From an uncultured Thermomicrobiales bacterium (GTDB lineage Bacteria > Chloroflexota > Chloroflexia > Thermomicrobiales > UBA6265): DNA of 64,000 bases. Position 1 is the stretch's first letter; every line of letters starts with the position of its first letter. Below, piece by piece: positions 56,767-64,000 of this stretch. The stretch is taken from contig CADCWE010000031.1 in NCBI GenBank assembly GCA_902806325.1, positions 16,112-80,111 on the forward strand, in the 5' to 3' direction. Below the pieces are notes generated by a model. That model ran no database searches and had not been told where the DNA came from. It was given only the letters and a program-made list of their open reading frames with translations. The position numbers were made by a program, and so were the translations under genes.

Positions 56767-57843
56767 CTAGCCCCGTCCGACCACGAACCGCCTCGCGGCC
56801 CAGGCCAAAACCGGGCGATAGCGCCGCTCCAGGCTCGGCGGATATCCGACGATCTCGCCCCCGAACCGGACCTTGAAGATGTAGAGCCCGCGCCAATCGT
56901 CCCCGGACGTTCCGGCGACGCGGTCAACCTCCTCGCTGCTGGCGGCCGGATCCTGGGACGGTATACCCCAAAGATCGTAGGTGTTGCACCCCGCCTCGCG
57001 CGCCCAGCGCATCGCCTCGAATTGGAGCAGGAACGCCGCGCCGTGCGCCCGGTGCTTGGTCGACGAGCCGCCGTACATGTAGACCGCCTCCGAACCGAAA
57101 CGCGCCGACATGACCGCCGCGGCGACGACGCCGTCGATCCGCGCGAACAACAGCACCGCCGCGTCTCCAAACAGTTGCAGAAAGTCGTCGTAATAGGCGC
57201 GGTCGTGGATCCCGAATTCGTTGCGCTCCGACGTGTCGCGCAGCAGGTCGTAAAACACGTCGAGCGAGGCGCCGCCTCCCTCCGCCTTTTCCACCGTCAC
57301 GCCACGGCGCTGGGCAAGCCGCACGTTGTAGCGGGTCTTCTGATGCATCTGGCCAAGCAGCGCCTCGTCGTCGAGCAGCGGAACCTTGACGGTCCGGCTT
57401 GGCTGATAATGTTCGGGACCGCGCACAAATCCGGCATCGCGGTAGGTTCCTGGCAGCCCCAACGACCCGTTGGATTCGACGATCAGGCTCAAGGCGCGAT
57501 GGTCCCGGCACCGGGCGTCCAATGCATCGACCAAGACGGGAAAGACCGCCCCCCGGTCACCTTCGAGAACCGGTCCCCTCGGCACGTACGCCTGACTGAC
57601 CGGTCCGCGATGGCGAAACAGCACCTGTGCCAATCCGCGCCCGTGGGGCGTTTCCACGCGGACCCGCTCGACCTCCCATCCGTGGCGGTGCTTCAATTCG
57701 CCCCATTGCCATGATTGGAGCAGATGACCACCGGCGCGGACCGCCGCCTCGTTCCAGCCCCGTTCGCCGTCGGCGGTGCCGCCCGTTCGCCGAGGCGCGA
57801 TCGGTGCCGCCTCCCGAACCTCCCCGAATCGAGATGGTGTCAC
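56767..57843 (-). CDS. FemAB/FemX-family peptidoglycan aminoacyl-tRNA-dependent transferase
   Basis: 358 aa with 'HLLQSWQWGELKHRHGW', 'MHQKTRYNVRLAQR', 'YMYGGSSTKHRAHGAAFLLQFEAMRWA' and 'LYIFKVRFGG'. Confidence 0.8.
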   Translation of the reverse strand: MTPSRFGEVREAAPIAPRRTGGTADGERGWNEAAVRAGGHLLQSWQWGELKHRHGWEVERVRVETPHGRGLAQVLFRHRGPVSQAYVPRGPVLEGDRGAVFPVLVDALDARCRDHRALSLIVESNGSLGLPGTYRDAGFVRGPEHYQPSRTVKVPLLDDEALLGQMHQKTRYNVRLAQRRGVTVEKAEGGGASLDVFYDLLRDTSERNEFGIHDRAYYDDFLQLFGDAAVLLFARIDGVVAAAVMSARFGSEAVYMYGGSSTKHRAHGAAFLLQFEAMRWAREAGCNTYDLWGIPSQDPAASSEEVDRVAGTSGDDWRGLYIFKVRFGGEIVGYPPSLERRYRPVLAWAARRFVVGRG

Positions 57844-58808
57844 GGCCCGAACCGCAGCGGATCCACCGCCAACAACGCCTCTTCGATCACGGCCTCGATT
57901 AACTCGGCATCGGGATGCTCGTCGTCATCCCCGAGTTCGCGCAGAATCCGAGCCGCTTCGGGACCACCGATCCGGCCAAGGGCGACGACGACGGCTTGTC
58001 GGATGTCCGTCTCGAGGGCGTCCTCGTAAATCATCTCCGCCAGCGGCGCCAGCGCCCGATCGTCGCCCAGTTCGCCGCAGGCCTGCACGGCCTCGAACCG
58101 CATTTCCGCGTCGTCGGAGCCGATCTCGGCCAACAGATCGGGCAGCCAGCGGGCATCCCCGCTACGGCCCATCGCCGCCACCGCCCCGAGACGCGCCGCT
58201 TCGTCGTCGCCGTCGTAGGCGTCGCGGATCGCGCCCGCAATCCGCCCGTCGGTACCGAATCCGCCGACCGCCTCGATCGCACGTCGGCGGACCAGTTCTG
58301 TTTCCGCGTCGTCCTCGGCGATGGCGAGCAGCCCCACGCGCAACGGGTCGTCGTCCACGACGGGTTCGCGTCCCACCGTGAGATCGACGAATCGGACCAG
58401 GCCCCGTGCCGCCTCGGCCCGCACGTCCTGGGACGGGTCGGTCGCCGCCAGAGCCAAGAACCGATCTCGCAAATCGAGCCCTTCGTCTTCCCAGAGACCC
58501 GAGACCGCGCGCTGGCGGACCACCGGCGACGGATCGTCCAACGCCAACCGGAGCACGCGGCCGAAGTTCAACTCGATCCGGTCCTCGCTCAGTTCCCCGA
58601 TTTGGCGAACCAGCGCCTCGCGAACGCCGTCGTCCAGCGACGGCCAAGTACGGGCGACGCGGGACACGGCGTCCCTGCTCAGGTCCGACAGCCGGGCCAC
58701 CTCGACCGGCCGGACCCGTCCGTCGCGCAGCGAACCGAGGACCTCATCGAGCGTTGGGCCGTCGTCAGGAGGTGGTACCGCGAACGTAGGTGTAGGCATC
58801 GGTCCCAT
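57840..58808 (-). CDS. HEAT-repeat protein
   Basis: Repeated 'D(P/A)..VR..A...LG..G' units, for example 'DDPSPVVRQRAVSGL', 'DPSQDVRAEAARGL' and 'DDAEMRFEAVQACGELGD'. ATG 58808 (or 58799) overlaps the upstream gene. The stop overlaps the fem start (GTGA). Confidence 0.6.
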   Translation of the reverse strand: MGPMPTPTFAVPPPDDGPTLDEVLGSLRDGRVRPVEVARLSDLSRDAVSRVARTWPSLDDGVREALVRQIGELSEDRIELNFGRVLRLALDDPSPVVRQRAVSGLWEDEGLDLRDRFLALAATDPSQDVRAEAARGLVRFVDLTVGREPVVDDDPLRVGLLAIAEDDAETELVRRRAIEAVGGFGTDGRIAGAIRDAYDGDDEAARLGAVAAMGRSGDARWLPDLLAEIGSDDAEMRFEAVQACGELGDDRALAPLAEMIYEDALETDIRQAVVVALGRIGGPEAARILRELGDDDEHPDAELIEAVIEEALLAVDPLRFGP

Positions 58809-60531
58809 CGGTGTCGCGGGCGAACGCGCCCGTGTCGTCGTTGTCCAGGATCGAGCGCAGCAGGCGTTCAGAGAAGGGACGCTCGATGTTGACGGCGGCG
58901 AGGAGCGAGCTGAACGAGGCCGAGAAGCCCGGCGTTTCGCTTTGGTCGCCGATCCGCTCGAACGTCGCCGCAACCACCGCCTCGGGACGCCGCCGCACCT
59001 TCTCGTCCAACGGCTTCTCTCCGCCCAGGCGCGGGTAGCGCTCTTCGGTCAGCGTCAGTTCGTCTTCCACCCCGCAGGCGAAGCTGATCGGTCGGAAGAC
59101 GTAGCGCAACGCGCGACGCTCGTCCAACTCCAACAGCCGCGCGCTCTGGTTGCCGCCGGACAGGTACTCGACGGTGTAGTGACCGTCGTTGTCGGTCCGG
59201 TTGATCGAGATCAACGCCCCGGGCACCAGGTTCTCGGAGAAAAAGTCGTCGAGGCCGAGGATGAATCCGCCCCGGTTCGGCGTCGGATAGCGCAGTTCGA
59301 CCAGGTAAGTGGTATACGACTGGGGCGTCTCGAACGTCAGCACCACCGACCGCTGGTCCGGCAGCAATGGCGCCGGTAGAAGCGCCTGCATCCGGGCGTC
59401 GTAGGGCAGCAGCCCGTGGTAGTACTCGTAGAAAGTCACGACGTGGTCGACCGATGCCACCGTCCGGTACTCCGGCTCGGCCGGCAGTTCCTCGCTCAGG
59501 AAGCGGTAGTCGGTGCCGATCTCGTTCGGCTTCCGGCGGCTGGTGCCGATCTGCGGCAGGCTGCTCGTGCTCCAGAACCGTTGATTGGTCGTGCCGACGA
59601 AATCGAACTCCCGGTGCTCCCGCGACAACCGGAAGTTGACCGCGAACCGGAGCAGATCGAACTCGGGGGTTCCCGGTCGTACCGACAGCACGTCCTGCAC
59701 CAGGACATCGTCGGTCAGCGGTTGCTCCTGCTCCTGGATGTACTCCTTCATCCGGCGCAGGTCGCCCCGGCTGAACCGCGGCACCCGATCCTCGACCATC
59801 CACTGCTCGCCGAAGTTGGCGATCCGTGGATCCGCCCGCAACCGCTCGGACAACGCGGTCGCCAGCTCCCGGTCGTCGACCTCGGACACGTCGGATGTGG
59901 ACGGCGCCGCCGGGACAACGATCGTCCGCGCGACGACGGGTTCGGCAACCGGTTCCTCGACCTGATCCGGCGACGCCACCTCGGCGGCCAGCGCCGGTTC
60001 GACGAACACCTCGACCGGTGCCATCGCCGGAGACTCCGCCTCGACGCCGATGGCCTCCGTTTCGTCGTCCTCGTCATCGTCCATCGCCAAGTCGCCCAGT
60101 TGGGACGCCAACGACGCCCAACTTGGATCGACTCGGACCCGCTCCCGCTGCGGCGGCAAGGGGTTCTCCGGCTTCGGCAACGGCGTCATCAAGCGCTTGG
60201 CGAAGGAATGGCTACTGGCGGGGCGCTCCGCGGTCAATGCCCGCCCGGAGCGGGTCGTCGCCACCAGACGAAGATCACCGGCTTCCTCAATCCCGAAGAC
60301 GCCGGGGTTGGCCGCGACCGCGGCCAAAATCCGCTCCTCGGTGATCGCGGTCCCGTCATCGCCGGTCCGGGCGAAAAACGCGACCAACGACTCGAGGGAG
60401 ACCCGGATCGGCGCATCGGCCGACATGTAATGACCGTGGACGGCGACGGCCGCAAAAAGGCGCTCGGCATCGGCGCGCACAGCGCCGGTCCCCGTCAGGG
60501 TCGGCGCCGCTTGTTCGAGCTGGGTGACCAT
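58765..60531 (-). CDS. Hypothetical protein, 588 aa, no domain recognised
   Basis: ATG 60531 lies 10 nt after GGGGAG. This frame has consistent G/C third-position bias. It has an acidic central tract 'LAMDDDEDDETEAIGVEAE' and a C-terminal half rich in Tyr/Phe, which looks beta-rich. Confidence 0.7.
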   Translation of the reverse strand: MVTQLEQAAPTLTGTGAVRADAERLFAAVAVHGHYMSADAPIRVSLESLVAFFARTGDDGTAITEERILAAVAANPGVFGIEEAGDLRLVATTRSGRALTAERPASSHSFAKRLMTPLPKPENPLPPQRERVRVDPSWASLASQLGDLAMDDDEDDETEAIGVEAESPAMAPVEVFVEPALAAEVASPDQVEEPVAEPVVARTIVVPAAPSTSDVSEVDDRELATALSERLRADPRIANFGEQWMVEDRVPRFSRGDLRRMKEYIQEQEQPLTDDVLVQDVLSVRPGTPEFDLLRFAVNFRLSREHREFDFVGTTNQRFWSTSSLPQIGTSRRKPNEIGTDYRFLSEELPAEPEYRTVASVDHVVTFYEYYHGLLPYDARMQALLPAPLLPDQRSVVLTFETPQSYTTYLVELRYPTPNRGGFILGLDDFFSENLVPGALISINRTDNDGHYTVEYLSGGNQSARLLELDERRALRYVFRPISFACGVEDELTLTEERYPRLGGEKPLDEKVRRRPEAVVAATFERIGDQSETPGFSASFSSLLAAVNIERPFSERLLRSILDNDDTGAFARDTDGTDAYTYVRGTTS

Positions 60532-60601
60532 AGATCGGTTGCTCCCCGTTGTGGGCGGTAACGTTGGGCACGACGAGGCGGATGTCGGAGGCCGCCGGTG
60601 G

Positions 60602-60730
60602 CTAGGCGCGCCCAGATTTGACGCGGAAGGCGTCGATTAACTGCTGGGTGGTCAGCGGTTGGGGCGAGTTGCGGAGCAGGGTCAACAGGTAAGCAACGTC
60701 GTCGTCGTTGAGTTTAATCGCGGTGGCCAT
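60602..60730 (-). CDS. Candidate small protein, 42 aa (below the ORF-track cut-off)
   Basis: ATG 60730 lies 3-4 nt after GGAGAG. It translates to MATAIKLNDDDVAYLLTLLRNSPQPLTTQQLIDAFRVKSGRA and ends in TAG. Third positions are mostly G/C. It sits 70 nt upstream of the 588-aa gene on the same strand. Confidence 0.45.
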   Translation of the reverse strand: MATAIKLNDDDVAYLLTLLRNSPQPLTTQQLIDAFRVKSGRA

Positions 60731-60892
60731 GCACTCTCCATCGCACTGGGGCGAAACGTAGCCGAAACCGACCTCGGCTCGGGCCGGGTCGTCAACCGGC
60801 CAAGTGTAGTCCGGACGGCCGGCTTCCGCCAGTCAACCGTGCGGGGAAGGGCGGTCACAGGGCCTCGCCTGACCGGCCGGCCGCGGGGCCGG

Positions 60893-60901
60893 TGCTATAC
60901 T
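60893..60901 (+). promoter_or_regulatory. Extended -10 element TGCTATACT upstream of yvcK
   Basis: Lies 46 nt before ATG 60947, inside the discarded N-terminal part of the longest ORF. Confidence 0.5.
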
Positions 60902-60946
60902 CCGGCCCACGCTACGAGGGTTGCCGGTTCCGGTCGGCGATACCGG

Positions 60947-62395
60947 ATGAACCATCGGCGAGTTCGCACGAGAGGCACCGCCCTGCGCGCTTGGCGAACC
61001 TGGCTCCGCCCCGGGATGCTGATCAAGCGGTGGCTCGCGCTGTTCATGCTCAGCGTGACCGTCACCAGCTTGGCGCTCGCGATGGCGCTGGCCTGGGTCT
61101 ACCGGAGCTACGATTTTCCCAGCCCGACCCAGGACCTGGTTCGCGGGTTGACGTTGCAGTTCGTGCCCCATCCGTTCCGGGAAGTGATCGTTTTGATAGC
61201 CGGGGTGGGGCTGCTGGCGACCTCATTCTGGGGGCTCAGCCGGTCCTTGATCGTGCCATTGATGGCGGGATCGCCGGCCGGACGCGACCTGGTCGATATC
61301 GTCGCCGAGCACCGCTTCGGACCGGTGCGGCCGGAACTGAACGTCGTCACCCTCGGCGGCGGGACGGGACTCTCCACCCTGCTCCGAGGGCTCAAGCACT
61401 GCGACGCCGGGTTGACCGCGATCGTCACCGTGGCCGACGACGGTGGCTCCACCGGCCGCATCCGCGAGGAGTTCAACATGCCGGCGCCGGGCGACATCCG
61501 TAACTGCATCGTCGCCCTCGCCGACGCCGAGTCCACCGTCGGCCGCCTCTTCCAATACCGCTTCGACCAGGAAGGGTCTCAGCTCGACGGCCACTCGTTT
61601 GGCAACCTGTTCATCACCGCCTTGACCCAGGTCACCGGCAGCTTCGAGCAAGCCGTGATCGAGTCAGGACGGGTGTTGGCGGTACGCGGCCGGGTCCTCC
61701 CCTCTACGCTCGCCAACGTCCGCCTCAGCGCCGAACTGATTGATGGTTCGGTGGTCCACGGCGAGTCCTCGATCGCGCACAAGCAGGCCCCGATCAAGCG
61801 CGTCTTTCTGGAGCCCGACGCCCCGGACGGCTACGAACCGGCGTTCACGGCGATCATCAACGCGGACTTGATCGTGCTCGGGCCGGGCAGTCTCTACACC
61901 AGCGTGCTGCCGAACCTGCTCGTCGGCGGCGTCGTCGAGGCCATCCGGTGGTCCCGCGGCACCGTCGTCTACGTCTGTAACGTCGCCACCCAGCAAGGCG
62001 AAACCGACCACTTCGGAGCCGCCGACCACGTCCGCGCTATCGTCTCCCAACTCGGACCCCGGACCCTCCACTACGCCCTCGTCAATTCGAACCCCGCCGC
62101 CGCGGCGGCGATTGCCCCGGAGCTGGGCGTCGACGCGGTGCTCGATGTCGGGTTGGATGCGTTGGCCCGCGAACACGGTTTCACCGTCGTCGCCCGCGAT
62201 GTCGTCAACGACCGCAACCCCCTTCGCCACGATCCCGAGAAGTTGGCCGCCGCGTTGGTCGAAATCGCGCGCGGCGTCACCGTCGCGACGACCGCCGCCG
62301 TTGATCGAGTCACCGACATCCGGGTGTTCGGCGACGCCCAGGTGCCCGCGGTGGTGGGTGGCTCGGCACCCGTTTCCGACTATCACGCCTCGTAG
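60947..62395 (+). CDS. yvcK: YvcK/CofD-family (UPF0052, 'gluconeogenesis factor') protein with ~130-aa N-terminal two-TM extension
   Basis: '[20 protein letters not shown]' and '[31 protein letters not shown]'. The N-terminal hydrophobic stretches are '[23 protein letters not shown]' and '[18 protein letters not shown]'. An alternative start is ATG 61016. Confidence 0.85.
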   Translation: MNHRRVRTRGTALRAWRTWLRPGMLIKRWLALFMLSVTVTSLALAMALAWVYRSYDFPSPTQDLVRGLTLQFVPHPFREVIVLIAGVGLLATSFWGLSRSLIVPLMAGSPAGRDLVDIVAEHRFGPVRPELNVVTLGGGTGLSTLLRGLKHCDAGLTAIVTVADDGGSTGRIREEFNMPAPGDIRNCIVALADAESTVGRLFQYRFDQEGSQLDGHSFGNLFITALTQVTGSFEQAVIESGRVLAVRGRVLPSTLANVRLSAELIDGSVVHGESSIAHKQAPIKRVFLEPDAPDGYEPAFTAIINADLIVLGPGSLYTSVLPNLLVGGVVEAIRWSRGTVVYVCNVATQQGETDHFGAADHVRAIVSQLGPRTLHYALVNSNPAAAAAIAPELGVDAVLDVGLDALAREHGFTVVARDVVNDRNPLRHDPEKLAAALVEIARGVTVATTAAVDRVTDIRVFGDAQVPAVVGGSAPVSDYHAS

Positions 62396-62433
62396 GCAGC
62401 CACGGCGTCAGCGGCATGAAAGAGGAGCGATTC

Positions 62434-63462
62434 ATGGTCTACCGGATCGGCATCAACGGCTTCGGTCGCATCGGTCGTCAGGTGTTCAAGGCGATCGACG
62501 AGGGAGGCTTTTCCGACCTGTTTGAGGTGGTCGCCGTCAACGACCTGACCGAACCGGCTAGCCTCGCCCACCTGCTGAAATACGACTCCACCTACGGCCG
62601 CTACGACGCCGAGATCGCCGCGACCGACGGCGGCATTGCGGTCAACGGTCGGACCGTCAAGGTCTTCTCCGAAAAAGATCCCGCGCTGTTGCCGTGGGCG
62701 GCAGAGAACGTGGATCTCGTCGTCGAATCAACCGGTCGATACACCGACGCGGCGAAGGCGAAAGGGCACGTCACCGCAGGCGCCAAGAAGGTGGTCATCT
62801 CGGCCCCGGCAACCGGCGAAGATCTGACGGTGGTGCTCGGCGTGAACGAGGAGGCCTACGATCCCGCCACGCACCACATCGTCTCCAACGCCTCCTGCAC
62901 CACCAACTGCCTCGCCCCGGTGGCCAAAATCGTCCTCGACAACTTCGGCATCAAGCGCGGTCTGATGACCACGGTCCACTCCTACACCGCCGATCAGGTG
63001 CTCGTCGACGGCCCGCACAAGGACCTCCGCCGCGCCCGATCCGCCGCCGCCAACATCGTCCCCACCACCACCGGCGCCGCCCGCGCCCTTTCCCTGGTGA
63101 TCCCGGAGTTGAAAGGCAAGTTCGACGGGTTTTCGCTCAGAGTTCCCACCCCAACGGTTTCGGTCGTGGACTTTGTTGCCGAAACGGAACGACCGGCAAC
63201 CGTCGACGGGTTAAACGCCGCCTTCCGCGCCGCCTCCGCAAGCGACACGATGGGCGGCATCCTCGGCTTCAGCGACGAGCCCCTCGTTTCCAGCGATTAC
63301 CGCCAGGACCCCCGTTCCTCGATCGTCGACGGTCCTTCGACGATGGTCATCGGCGAGACGCTGGTTAAGGTGATCGCCTGGTACGACAACGAATGGGGGT
63401 ACTCGTGCCGGGTGGCTGACCTCGTTGCCCTGATCTGCGAAGCGGGATTCCCGGCCGAGTAG
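62434..63462 (+). CDS. gap: Glyceraldehyde-3-phosphate dehydrogenase
   Basis: ATG 62434 lies 7 nt after AAGAGGAG. Motifs: '[11 protein letters not shown]' and '[12 protein letters not shown]'. Confidence 0.95.
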   Translation: MVYRIGINGFGRIGRQVFKAIDEGGFSDLFEVVAVNDLTEPASLAHLLKYDSTYGRYDAEIAATDGGIAVNGRTVKVFSEKDPALLPWAAENVDLVVESTGRYTDAAKAKGHVTAGAKKVVISAPATGEDLTVVLGVNEEAYDPATHHIVSNASCTTNCLAPVAKIVLDNFGIKRGLMTTVHSYTADQVLVDGPHKDLRRARSAAANIVPTTTGAARALSLVIPELKGKFDGFSLRVPTPTVSVVDFVAETERPATVDGLNAAFRAASASDTMGGILGFSDEPLVSSDYRQDPRSSIVDGPSTMVIGETLVKVIAWYDNEWGYSCRVADLVALICEAGFPAE

Positions 63463-63553
63463 CCGAGACGGGGCGCCGAGAACGACCGGCGGACGTGGCG
63501 GTTCCTTTGTTCTCCCCGCCTCGCGATCTCCCCGTCTCGCCCCTGAGGTGCCG

Positions 63554-64000
63554 ATGCTAAAGCAAACCGTCGCCGCCGCGGACGTGGCGGGAAAGCGCGT
63601 GCTGCTGCGCGTCGATTTCAATGTTCCCCTCGACGGTGGGGCCATCTCCGACGACACCCGGATCCGGGCCGCGCTGCCGACCATCCGGCTCCTTAGAGAA
63701 CGCGGTGCCCGCGTCGTCCTGATAAGCCATCTGGGGCGACCGAAAGGCAGACGGACCGACACCCTCTCGCTCCGCCCGATCGCCGCGCGGGTGTCGGAGC
63801 TATTGGGCGGCGTTCCGGTCCGGTTCATCGATCAGGTCGTTGGGGAGGTCGCCGAATCGGCTGCGGCCGGGCTGGCCGACGGCGACGTGCTCCTCTTGGA
63901 AAACCTGCGATTCGAACACGGCGAAGAGCGCAACGACCCGGACCTAGCCCAGGCGCTGGCCCGCCTCGGCGACATCTTCGTCAACGACGCATTCGGTGCC
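63554..64000 (+). CDS. pgk: Phosphoglycerate kinase, N-terminal fragment (runs off window end)
   Basis: ATG 63554 after GAGGTG. Motifs: '[12 protein letters not shown]', 'ISHLGRPKG' and the final 'VNDAFGA'. The frame stays open to base 64000. Confidence 0.9.
   Translation, partial: MLKQTVAAADVAGKRVLLRVDFNVPLDGGAISDDTRIRAALPTIRLLRERGARVVLISHLGRPKGRRTDTLSLRPIAARVSELLGGVPVRFIDQVVGEVAESAAAGLADGDVLLLENLRFEHGEERNDPDLAQALARLGDIFVNDAFGA

Noticed and set aside
60659-60946. The N-terminal 96 codons of the 578-aa yvcK ORF.
   Set aside because: The segment contains the TGCTATACT element, is antisense to the SD-preceded 42-codon ORF, and has no homology logic. ATG 60947 is preferred.

Overview
This is 64 kb of very GC-rich bacterial chromosome. 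Third codon positions are almost all G/C, so long antisense 'shadow' ORFs cover nearly every real gene. I can support about 55 protein genes, 3 tRNA genes, and a set of promoter and terminator elements that stand out against the GC background. I found no rRNA, CRISPR array, transposase, integrase or phage genes.

The content is mostly core housekeeping:
- purQ-purL-purF-gcvT-gcvH-gcvPA
- der-plsY, galE, glyA, rsfS
- tRNA-Pro/Gly/Met
- fmt, pgeF-yggS, a UPF0182 protein
- tgt-acpS-nnrD-CBS-alr
- tatA, pth, a B12-mutase small subunit with meaB
- yebC-ruvC-tlyA-larB
- rpoD, fabF, holA, rpsT, murJ, lepA, a YabN/MazG-type gene, aspS
- femX-murE, yvcK-gap-pgk

Many junctions are ATGA/GTGA overlaps, which suggests translational coupling. 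The two 'YYY-motif' (DUF2298-type) membrane proteins plus the GC content suggest a Chloroflexota-like organism. That is an inference only.

I do not see a clear-cut novel system such as a defence island, mobile element or CRISPR. The parts that are not routine are:
1. A 7.2 kb tandem pair of giant YYY-motif membrane proteins, one fused to a GT-C-like module.
2. A minus-strand chain made of an unlisted 42-codon ORF, a 588-aa unknown protein and a HEAT-repeat protein, running into femX-murE.
3. A single ORF that fuses peptidyl-tRNA hydrolase to 3-hydroxybutyryl-CoA dehydrogenase.
4. Two non-coding gaps with RNA-like features, at 21460-21941 and 46445-46821.
5. A recurring extended -10 element, TGCTATACT.
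6. A self-contained promoter-gene-terminator unit encoding an unknown HTH protein.

Gene starts were chosen by homology, SD sequence and overlap logic, and several remain uncertain.
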